From Verrucomicrobiaceae bacterium (GTDB lineage Bacteria; Verrucomicrobiota; Verrucomicrobiia; Verrucomicrobiales; Verrucomicrobiaceae): a DNA stretch of 33,968 nt. The notes beneath the pieces are model-generated. The model was given only the letters and a program-made list of their open reading frames with translations. It did no database searches and was not told the origin of the DNA. The position numbers and the translations under genes are program-made. The stretch covers positions 1 to 33,968 of the forward strand of contig CANHTV010000001.1 of assembly GCA_947463285.1 (NCBI GenBank), read 5' to 3'. Positions 26,602-33,968 of the stretch are shown one piece after another; the stretch's first letter is position 1, and each line of letters opens with the position of its first letter.

Positions 26602-27204
26602 ATGATTCGTTCCATCATACTCTCATTATCTCTTCTTGGGCTTGTCAGCACCCAGGCAGCTGATCTCAAATTTGGCGTCATCGACATGTCGAAAGCCTTC
26701 TCTGAATTCCATAAAACCAAGGAAGCCGCTGAAAAATTCAAAGGTAACCTGGACAAGGCTCAGAAAGAAATGAATGACCGCTGGTCCGTCTATAAAAACC
26801 TCATGACGGACATGCAGAAGCTTAAGAAGGAAGCCAGTGACCCGATCATGACAGGGGAAGCTCGCCAGAAGAAGGCGGTTGAGTTTGAAGAGAAAGGTAA
26901 GGAACTCCGTTCTTTGGAGCAGGAAATTGGTGAAGCGCAAAACCGCCGCAGCAGCCAACTGAAACAGGAAGATATGAGCATCCGCAAAGGCATCTATGAC
27001 GAGATTCTTGTCGTGGTGCGTGAAAAATCTAAAACAGAAGGCTACGACTTCGTTTTCGACAAGTCAGGCATGAGTCTTTCCACTGTTCCTGTGCTCATCT
27101 ATTACAAAGACGCTGTCGATATCACTGACCAAGTCATCGTAGAGCTGAATAAAGCAGCTCCAGCGGCCGCGCCTGCTGCTGCTCCTGAAGTCAAGAAACC
27201 CTGA
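26602..27204 (+). CDS. skp: OmpH/Skp periplasmic chaperone
   Basis: Signal peptide from ATG 26602, KFGVIDM, long coiled coil, GYDFVFDKS, DITDQVIVELN; synteny with bamA and lpxD. Confidence 0.95.
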   Translation: MIRSIILSLSLLGLVSTQAADLKFGVIDMSKAFSEFHKTKEAAEKFKGNLDKAQKEMNDRWSVYKNLMTDMQKLKKEASDPIMTGEARQKKAVEFEEKGKELRSLEQEIGEAQNRRSSQLKQEDMSIRKGIYDEILVVVREKSKTEGYDFVFDKSGMSLSTVPVLIYYKDAVDITDQVIVELNKAAPAAAPAAAPEVKKP

Positions 27205-27224
27205 TCTGATCACTAACATTTTCT

Positions 27225-27262
27225 AGGCACGCCGAACCATGGTTCCTGGCGTGCCTTTTTTT
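27225..27262 (+). terminator. Intrinsic terminator-like hairpin between skp and lpxD
   Basis: AGGCACGCC...GGCGTGCCT outer stem with inner GAACC/GGTTC, followed by a T run ending 4 nt before the lpxD ATG. Confidence 0.75.
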
Positions 27263-27266
27263 AGCC

Positions 27267-28322
27267 ATGAGCGCCAACATTACGCATCAACGTCTCGCTG
27301 AACTTGTCGGTGGGGAACTCGTCCAGGGCGATCCTACTGGTATTGTCACCGGCCTAAACTCAATTATGGAAGCAGCTTCGGGAGAAGTCACCTTCCTCGG
27401 GAACTCGCGTTACCTATCATCCCTGAAGACGACTAAAGCCACGGCCATTCTCGTCAGTCCTGATTTCAATGAACCCATGGATGCGGTCGCCCTCATCAAG
27501 GTGACCAATCCCACACTGGCCTTTTCCAGCGTCATTCGCCATTTCGGCCCACCAACGAGGGCTTTTGTGCCAGGTGTGCATCCTAGTGCGGTGGTTGCAT
27601 CGACCGCTTTATTTGATCCGCAAAAAGTCAGTGTCGGCCCTGGCGTGGTGATTGAAGATCATGTCCAAATTGGCGATGGAACGCTGATTCAGGCGGGCGT
27701 ATTCATCGGCCACGGAGCTCGTATCGGTTGTGATTGTGTCATCTACCCAAATGCAACCATCCGCGAGCGCTGTGTACTCGGTAATCGTGTCATCATTCAC
27801 AGTGGCAGTGCTATTGGTGCGGATGGTTTTGGTTATGAGTTTAACAAAGGACGACATCAAAAAATCGATCAGGTTGGGATTGTTCAGATCGATGACGATG
27901 TTGAAATTGGCTCCTGTACCACCATTGATCGTGCTCGTTTTGGACGAACCTGGATTGGTGAAGGTACAAAGATCGACAACTTGGTTCAGGTCGGTCACAA
28001 TGTCGTGCTGGGTAAGCATTGCGTGATCGTTTCTCTCGTCGCTCTCGCTGGCAGCACAAGGTTTGGCGACTATGTGACCATCGCGGGTCAGGTTGGTGTC
28101 GGTGGCCATCTGGAAATCGCCAGTCAGGTGACTTTGTTGGCCCGCTCAGGCGTCACCAAAAACATCACTGAGCCAGGAGCCTATATGGGGTTCCCTGCTA
28201 AGCCTTTGATGGAAGGGCGCCGATTACAAGCTGCTCCAGGTAAAATTCCTGAGATGCTTGATCGGATTAAAGCCCTCGAAAAGCGTCTCGCCGCACTCGA
28301 ATCGAGTTCATCGACCGTTTAA
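27267..28322 (+). CDS. lpxD: UDP-3-O-(3-hydroxymyristoyl)glucosamine N-acyltransferase LpxD
   Basis: Hexapeptide repeats, IGADGFGY, TTIDRA, TKIDNLVQVGHN, GFPAKP. Confidence 0.97.
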   Translation: MSANITHQRLAELVGGELVQGDPTGIVTGLNSIMEAASGEVTFLGNSRYLSSLKTTKATAILVSPDFNEPMDAVALIKVTNPTLAFSSVIRHFGPPTRAFVPGVHPSAVVASTALFDPQKVSVGPGVVIEDHVQIGDGTLIQAGVFIGHGARIGCDCVIYPNATIRERCVLGNRVIIHSGSAIGADGFGYEFNKGRHQKIDQVGIVQIDDDVEIGSCTTIDRARFGRTWIGEGTKIDNLVQVGHNVVLGKHCVIVSLVALAGSTRFGDYVTIAGQVGVGGHLEIASQVTLLARSGVTKNITEPGAYMGFPAKPLMEGRRLQAAPGKIPEMLDRIKALEKRLAALESSSSTV

Positions 28323-28339
28323 AGAAGTGAGCTCAGAAT

Positions 28340-28380
28340 AAAAGAAAACCCGTGGCACCTTGAGTCAGGTGACACGGGTT
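28340..28380 (-). terminator. Terminator between convergent lpxD and rho (U-tract on the rho strand)
   Basis: Minus strand AACCCGTG-T-CACCT loop AGGTG-C-CACGGGTT followed by TTCTTTT. Confidence 0.8.
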
Positions 28381-28394
28381 GATGGAAGTAGGGA

Positions 28395-30290
28395 TTAGCC
28401 TTTGTTGGGGAGATCGACCAGCATCTGAGCATTGCTCGGGTAGCGCTCCATGAGCGTCAGCACGCGTTGAATGGCATCGATGGGTTTGTGACCTGCCAGA
28501 CCTCGGCGGAGCATGTGAATTTTATCCAGCTGGAAGGGCTGGAGAAGCAGTTCTTCTCGACGTGTGCCGGATTTGAAGATGTTGACGGCAGGGTAGTAGA
28601 ACTGCTCAGCGATCTTGCGATCCAGGACGAGTTCCATATTGCCAGTGCCTTTAAACTCTTGGAAAATCAGGTCATCCATGCGGCTGCCGGTCTCAATCAG
28701 CGCGGTGGCGAGCACGGTTAGGCTACCAGCTCCGCGGGTGTTGCGTGCTGCGGCAAAGAGTCGGCGGGGAATTTCCATGGCTCCTACGCCCATGCCGCCA
28801 CTCATGGTGGCACCGCCCTGCTTAGCGTTGTTAAAGGCTCGAGCGAGGCGGGTGATTGAATCCATGAGCATGAAGACATGGTCTCCGCACTCCACGAGAC
28901 GTTTCGCGCGCTCTACAGCGAAGGCTGCGATGCGTGTGTGGCTCTTCACATCCTGGTCATTCGAGCTGGCATAGATCTCTGCTTTTGGCAGGATGCGCTT
29001 GAACTCGGTGACTTCTTCAGGCCTCTCATCCACCAGCAGAATCATGAGATGCATGTTGGGATGGTTTTCCACGACCGCTTCAGCGATGTGCTGTAGCAAG
29101 GTGGTCTTGCCTGCGCGGGGGGGGGCGACGATGAGTCCACGTTGGCCGCGGCCCACGGGAGTGAACATGTCGATCACGCGCGTAGTGAAGCGGTCTTTGC
29201 GCGTCTCCAGCTGAATCTTTTTATTCGGGTTGATGGCTTTGAGTTCTTCAAAGAGCGGCATGTCTCGCATGGCTTCAGGGGCGCGAGCGTTGACTTCTTC
29301 GACGCTGGTAATCTGGGGGCCGCGAGCTCCTTTTTGGGAGATGCCTTTGACATGCATGCCTTCACGCAATCCGTATTGACGGATGAATTCAGCGGAAATG
29401 AAAGCATCTAAGGGATGCTGGGCATAAGCCAGCTCACGACGACGAAGGAAGCCGTAGCCCTTAGGTGTGAGTTCGAGCACACCTTCAGCCGGCTCCGGTG
29501 GTCCGAGTGGGACTTCTGGGATTCTTGGGCGCTCGTCTTCTTGAAAGTTAGGCTGAGAGGCAGGCTGTCTGTCGTTTGATGGCGGTGGCCCTTTGCCTTC
29601 GAGAGCTAGGCGACGTGCTATTTTTTCCTGGCGGAAGCGTTCGCGGCGTTCTTTCCAGCGCTCGAATTTGGACTTACGCCTTTCCTGAGGCTGGTTTTCC
29701 TGATCTGCTATCTCTGGAGATGTGGCGGGGTCGGCTTCTGCGGGAGCTTCATCCGCAGCTGCTGTTGGTTCGGCAGCGGGAGGTGGAGGCTCTGGTGTCT
29801 GCTCTGGCTGAACAACGATTTCAGCAGAAGCTGATGTGGCTGCTTCATTGGAGGCAACGGGAGTCGCAATGCCGGTTAGGCCGGATTGCATCTGGGCGAG
29901 CATTTCAGCCGCCTTCTTTTTGAGGCCAGATTTGCGTGCCGATGGTTTAACGGCTGATGAGTCCACTTCGGTCGGGACAACAGGCGGTTGTTCTACCGCG
30001 GCTTCAGGCTCTGGCGCTGTGGCCTTTTTTTTGGTAGGAGATTTTTTGGTAGCCGCTTTTTTTGCCGGGACTGCGGGTGGGGCTTCCACGACTGGAGCTG
30101 GCTTTTTATCAGCCACTTTTTTGGCAGCTGCTTTCTTTTTGGGCGCAGCTTTTGCTGTCGAGGCTTTGGCCTCCTCGACTTCCACTTTAACGACCGGTGC
30201 TACAGCCGCTTTTTTGGTGGGAGCCTTTTTGGCAGCCGCTTTCTTTTTGGCTTTGACTGGCGTTTTTTCTGGGGGCAGTTCGTCACTCAT
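28395..30290 (-). CDS. rho: Transcription termination factor Rho with ~265 aa low-complexity N-terminal region
   Basis: EGVLEL..GYGFLR, GRGQRGLIVAPPRAGKTTLL, LVDERPEEVTE, DSITRLARA, FQEFKGTGNMEL, SGTRREELL. Confidence 0.97.
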   Translation of the reverse strand: MSDELPPEKTPVKAKKKAAAKKAPTKKAAVAPVVKVEVEEAKASTAKAAPKKKAAAKKVADKKPAPVVEAPPAVPAKKAATKKSPTKKKATAPEPEAAVEQPPVVPTEVDSSAVKPSARKSGLKKKAAEMLAQMQSGLTGIATPVASNEAATSASAEIVVQPEQTPEPPPPAAEPTAAADEAPAEADPATSPEIADQENQPQERRKSKFERWKERRERFRQEKIARRLALEGKGPPPSNDRQPASQPNFQEDERPRIPEVPLGPPEPAEGVLELTPKGYGFLRRRELAYAQHPLDAFISAEFIRQYGLREGMHVKGISQKGARGPQITSVEEVNARAPEAMRDMPLFEELKAINPNKKIQLETRKDRFTTRVIDMFTPVGRGQRGLIVAPPRAGKTTLLQHIAEAVVENHPNMHLMILLVDERPEEVTEFKRILPKAEIYASSNDQDVKSHTRIAAFAVERAKRLVECGDHVFMLMDSITRLARAFNNAKQGGATMSGGMGVGAMEIPRRLFAAARNTRGAGSLTVLATALIETGSRMDDLIFQEFKGTGNMELVLDRKIAEQFYYPAVNIFKSGTRREELLLQPFQLDKIHMLRRGLAGHKPIDAIQRVLTLMERYPSNAQMLVDLPNKG

Positions 30291-30308
30291 GAGGGTCGGG
30301 AAAAGAGG

Positions 30309-31058
30309 TTAGGAAAGTGAGTCTGCGATTTCGTCGTCGATCTCAAAGTTGGCATGCAGGTTTTGGGTGTCGTCGTAATCGTCGAGCACGTCATACAGTT
30401 TGATGACGGCTTTGGCGGTCTCCACATCGGTGAGTGTTGTGGAGGTGTTGGCTTGGTGAATGAGTTTTTGCGAGGTGGTCGTTAGACTTTTTTCTCGCAA
30501 GTTGCCGACGACTTGGAAGAGCTGGTCCGTCGCTGTGAAGATGACCCATTCGTCGCCTTCATCCTGCACGTCTTCAGCGCCTGCTTCGAGGGCAATCTCC
30601 ATGATAGCGTCTTCGGTGAGAGTGCCTTTATCCAGGCGGATTTCGCCACGACGGGTGAACTGGTAAGCGACGCTTCCCGCTTCGGCAAAGGTGCCGCCGT
30701 TTTTTGAAAACAGCACGCGCAGGTCATTGGCAGCGCGGTTGCGATTATCGGTGACGACTTCGACCATGAAGGCGATGCCGCCGGGGCCGTAGCCTTCGTA
30801 AGTGATTTCTTCGAGGCTGGCACCTTCCAGTTCACCAGCTCCTTTTTTGACGGCGCGGTCGATGTTGTCGTTAGGCACGTTTGCCGCACGGGCCGCCAGG
30901 ATGGCAGAGCGGAGGCGGGCGTTGAGGTCAGGGTTTGATCCTCCATTCTTGGCAGCGACGGTGATCTCTTTGGAGAGCTTGCTGAAGACTTTGCCGCGCT
31001 TGACGTCCACGACGGCTTTGATGTGCTTGACCTTGGACCACTTGTTATGTCCTGCCAT
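30309..31058 (-). CDS. yebC: YebC/PmpR family protein
   Basis: MAGHNKWSKVKHIK, YEGYGPGG, TDNRNR, DDYDDTQNLHAN. Confidence 0.96.
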   Translation of the reverse strand: MAGHNKWSKVKHIKAVVDVKRGKVFSKLSKEITVAAKNGGSNPDLNARLRSAILAARAANVPNDNIDRAVKKGAGELEGASLEEITYEGYGPGGIAFMVEVVTDNRNRAANDLRVLFSKNGGTFAEAGSVAYQFTRRGEIRLDKGTLTEDAIMEIALEAGAEDVQDEGDEWVIFTATDQLFQVVGNLREKSLTTTSQKLIHQANTSTTLTDVETAKAVIKLYDVLDDYDDTQNLHANFEIDDEIADSLS

Positions 31059-31157
31059 GTTTTCGCTGTCTAGGTGGGTTGAAGGATGGAATACCGGTGA
31101 TTACCGCTTGTCGGGCGGTTTCCCGGAATCGGGGGGATGGATGGGGGATGCTGAGAA

Positions 31158-31330
31158 AGAAGCGGCCTTGCCGCGGTATCCACTCTTTCCCAAGCCGAAG
31201 CCTGAGCGGGAAGGGTTTCGTCAGCTTAGACGCTTTTGAAACCACAGCTCCAATCATCGGAGCAGACACCAATGTTCACCTGGTTGAGAGAACCAAGAAC
31301 AGGTTGAGTGTGAGGGCGGCACAGCCTTCT
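31158..31330 (+). ncRNA. ssrS: Probable 6S RNA
   Basis: 173 nt with complementary ends (AGAAG..GGC..TGCCGC..CACTC pairing with GAGTG..GCGGCA..GCC..CTTCT) and internal hairpins. 6S-like motifs GCCGAA, TTCACCTG and GGCGGCA occur in order on +, followed by a hairpin and T run at ~31321-31345. Confidence 0.72.
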
Positions 31331-31377
31331 TGCAAGGTGTTTTTTCGTGATGCGTTGTGATCCAGCTCCTGCCTCGG

Positions 31378-32214
31378 TTAAGCCGCGTTTACGGCATAAC
31401 GCAGCACTCCGGCTAGACGTGAGCGCATGTCTTTACGCTCGACGATCATGTCCACCAGCCCATGCTGTTTCATGAATTCGGCAGTCTGAAATCCTGGTGG
31501 CAGGTCGGCGTGGGTGGTTTCTTTGACCACACGTGGCCCGGCAAAACCGATCATGCACTTTGGCTCAGCCATGATGATGTCGCCAAGGGTGGCGAAACTG
31601 GCGGTGACACCACCTGTGGTGGGATGCGTGAGCACGGAGATGTAAGGCAGGCGGGCTTCTGAATGACGAGCCAGAGCACCGCTGGTTTTGGCCATCTGCA
31701 TGAGGCTGAGAATGCCTTCGTGCATTCGTGCGCCTCCAGAGGCGGAGAAGACGATGACCGGTTTTTTTTCAGCCGTCGCCGCTTCGATCGCACGAGTGAT
31801 TTTTTCTCCGACGACGCTGCCCATGGACGCACCTAAAAATCGGAAATCCATGATAGCGATGAGCACGGGAATGCCCTCAATGCTGGCACGACCGGTGACG
31901 ACGGCTTCTTTAAGGCCCGTCTTGGCCTGGTAAGCTTTGACTTTATCGACATAGCCTTTGAAGCCGAGGGCGTCCACGGAGTCGATCTGAAGATCCATTT
32001 CTTCGAAGGTGCCTTCATCGACAAGGCTGGCGATGCGCTCAGGACTGCTGATGGTAAAGTGGTAGCCGCAGTTGGTGCAAACTCGGAGGTTCTTTGCCAA
32101 GGCCTGCTCAAAAAGGCTTTCAGCGCAGGACGGACATTTCGTCCACAGTCCTTCTGGCATGTCCTTCTTTTTTTCACCGAGTTCGTTAACAGAGCGCTTT
32201 TTGAAAAATCCCAT
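31378..32214 (-). CDS. accD: Acetyl-CoA carboxylase carboxyltransferase beta subunit
   Basis: LWTKCPSC...CTNCGYH zinc finger, GASMGSVVGEKI, SGGARMHEG, PTTGGVTASFA, IGFAGPRV. Start is ATG 32214. Confidence 0.97.
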   Translation of the reverse strand: MGFFKKRSVNELGEKKKDMPEGLWTKCPSCAESLFEQALAKNLRVCTNCGYHFTISSPERIASLVDEGTFEEMDLQIDSVDALGFKGYVDKVKAYQAKTGLKEAVVTGRASIEGIPVLIAIMDFRFLGASMGSVVGEKITRAIEAATAEKKPVIVFSASGGARMHEGILSLMQMAKTSGALARHSEARLPYISVLTHPTTGGVTASFATLGDIIMAEPKCMIGFAGPRVVKETTHADLPPGFQTAEFMKQHGLVDMIVERKDMRSRLAGVLRYAVNAA

Positions 32215-32328
32215 GATGTAAAGTGATGTGATGTCTAGAGCCTGCCCCTCAGCCTGTCCACCAGATCTCCGGATTGGCATGCCGGCAGCGGTTTAGACAG
32301 GCCGGTAAGACCGGTCGCAGTTTTGATG

Positions 32329-33135
32329 CTAGCCGCGTGCTACGGTGATGACCACCACTTTTTCCACTCCTGCGTCACGTTTCAGGACTCGGGCGCACTC
32401 ATGGGCGGTGGCTCCTGTGGTCAAAACGTCATCGACAAGCAGGATTTGGCGGCCTTTCAGGTGTGTGTGGTTTCGCCAGGGTAATCGTCTTTTCATGGCG
32501 AATATGCCTCGCAGGTTTTCAAGCCGCTGTCGGCGGTGCAGGCTGGCCTGGGTGCCTGTATGGCGGGTTCTTCTGAGCACTTCGGCTGCGGGGATGCCTG
32601 TCATTTGCGAAAGACGCTGGCAGATCTCCCAGCTCTGATTGAAGCCCCTGCCCATTTGCCTGACAAAGTAGAGTGGCACAGGCACGAGCAGCCACTGGGT
32701 GAGGTCCTCTCCGATTAGGCGTTCTTCATCGAGTGTGGGGCGCAGAATTTCCGCCAAAACGCCACGTAGGGATAAGTCATGGCCATATTTGAATCCATGG
32801 ATCAATTCACGAAGAGCTCCGCTGGCCTTGTAGGCTGAGATGGCGAAATCAAAAGCCACCTTTCTTCCCTCGCAGTTCCAGCAGCGGAAATCAGATGTCA
32901 TCGCGCCATCGTAGGGCTCGCCACAAACAGAACAAACGGGTGGAATGATTGGCTCCAGGGACTGCTCGCAACTACCGCAAAGCCAGGCCGCCTGACCCTC
33001 ACGGGCTGAAAGTGACGGCAGTGGTCCTTCGCAGCATCGGCAATGGCGGGGATAAAGGCCATCCAGCGCCAGATCCCCACATTTCCTGAGCCAGGAAATG
33101 CCAGCAGCGCTTTGACGGCGTCCAGGATAAGCCAT
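32329..33135 (-). CDS. comF: ComF family protein (double zinc ribbon + PRTase domain)
   Basis: LYPRHCRCC, CGSC, CSVCG, CWNC; VPVPL, RGFNQS, LLVDDVLTTGAT. Start at ATG 33135 is inferred. Confidence 0.92.
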   Translation of the reverse strand: MAYPGRRQSAAGISWLRKCGDLALDGLYPRHCRCCEGPLPSLSAREGQAAWLCGSCEQSLEPIIPPVCSVCGEPYDGAMTSDFRCWNCEGRKVAFDFAISAYKASGALRELIHGFKYGHDLSLRGVLAEILRPTLDEERLIGEDLTQWLLVPVPLYFVRQMGRGFNQSWEICQRLSQMTGIPAAEVLRRTRHTGTQASLHRRQRLENLRGIFAMKRRLPWRNHTHLKGRQILLVDDVLTTGATAHECARVLKRDAGVEKVVVITVARG

Positions 33136-33235
33136 TTGCGAGATTTTGAACCAAATGAGCAGTATCCGACAACTTTTTTCTGCCAAACGAAGCATGGATT
33201 GACGCGCTCGGCTGCTTTGCTCAAGATCAGGCTTT

Positions 33236-33968
33236 ATGCCTCACCGCACCACTCCCGCTCCGCTGACGACGATGCCGCCCGGCATTCCTTTTATCATTGG
33301 TAATGAGCTGGCCGAGCGCTTCAGTTTTTACGGGATGCGTGCCATCCTTTATCTCTTCATGACCACAGCGCTGGTGACGCACGAAGGTACGGCTGATCTC
33401 ATGAGCGAAGCGAAGGCCAAGGAGTGGACTCATCTTTTCATCGCAGGCGTCTATTTCACACCCTTGCTGGGTGCTTTGCTGGCGGATCTTTGGTTGGGTA
33501 AATATCGCACCATCATTGCATTGTCTCTGGTCTATTGCCTCGGACATCTCGCGCTGGCGCTGGATAACACGCGCTCAGGTCTTGTGGTTGGGCTGACGCT
33601 GATTGCCATCGGTGCTGGGGGCATCAAACCCTGCGTCTCTGCGCATGTGGGGGATCAATTTGCCCGCACCAATGCCAGCCTGCTCTCCAAGGCTTTCAAC
33701 TGGTTCTATCTCGCCATCAATTTTGGGGCGGTCATTTCACAACTGCTCACCCCCAAGCTGTTGGAGTGGTATGGGCCTCATGTGGCCTTCGGTGTGCCTG
33801 GGGTATTGATGCTTGCCGCGACGATCGTTTTCTGGATGGGACGTAATACCTTTGCCCATGTGCCTGCGGATCGTAGCCGCTTTTTGAGTGATCTGATGGA
33901 TCCCAAATTCCTCCGAGCCCTGGCAGGCTTGATCCCTCTGTTCATGCTTATCGCCGCCTTTTGGAGCA
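33236..33968 (+). CDS. POT/PTR family proton-dependent oligopeptide transporter (3'-truncated by the window; absent from the ORF track)
   Basis: ATG 33236 opens MPHRTTPAPLTTMPPGIPFIIGNELAERFSFYGMRAIL (ExxERFxFYG signature), GALLADLWLGKY, GAGGIKPCVSAHVGDQF, FNWFYLAINFG. Confidence 0.95.
   Translation, partial: MPHRTTPAPLTTMPPGIPFIIGNELAERFSFYGMRAILYLFMTTALVTHEGTADLMSEAKAKEWTHLFIAGVYFTPLLGALLADLWLGKYRTIIALSLVYCLGHLALALDNTRSGLVVGLTLIAIGAGGIKPCVSAHVGDQFARTNASLLSKAFNWFYLAINFGAVISQLLTPKLLEWYGPHVAFGVPGVLMLAATIVFWMGRNTFAHVPADRSRFLSDLMDPKFLRALAGLIPLFMLIAAFWS

Noticed and set aside
24159-28322. Lower GC of bamA-skp-lpxD as a sign of horizontal transfer
   Set aside because: Conserved core operon; T-ending codon bias is typical of highly expressed genes.
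29940-30290. Repetitive GCTTTTTT/GCAGCC tracts as a DNA repeat or CRISPR array
   Set aside because: They encode the Lys/Ala repeats of Rho; there is no constant repeat-spacer period and no cas genes.
31045-31360. Short ORFs 31045..31272 (-) and 31079..31360 (+)
   Set aside because: Non-ATG starts and no motifs; the region is better explained by a structured RNA.
33227-33809. ORF-track entries 33227..33547 (-) and 33603..33809 (+)
   Set aside because: They overlap the real POT transporter ORF, which the track missed because it has no stop within the window.

Overview
Bacterial chromosomal DNA, most likely Verrucomicrobiota (inferred from the long GreA, a PVC-type heme protein, DUF1501 and multiple sulfatases). 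The left ~22 kb is accessory and carbohydrate-oriented. It holds two frameshifted genes, a sulfatase-DUF1080 fusion, a probable IS5 scar, greA and a CPBP protease. A minus-strand run follows: two ConA-like secreted proteins, a CYP236-like cytochrome P450, an esterase and three sulfatases. Divergent from that run is a Tat-exported NHL + DUF1501 pair, then tRNA-Val(GAC) and a PVC-type heme protein. The right ~12 kb is mostly housekeeping: truA, two hypotheticals, bamA-skp-lpxD, rho with a long disordered N-terminus, yebC, a probable 6S RNA, accD, comF and a partial POT peptide transporter. The best candidate for a new system is the P450/esterase/sulfatase glycan 'deprotection' locus, where four genes share an exactly spaced ECF-sigma-type promoter motif (TG[AT][AC]A.-N16-CGTT). 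Five apparent single-base losses in homopolymers suggest sequencing errors rather than true pseudogenes. All family assignments come from motif recognition; no searches were run.
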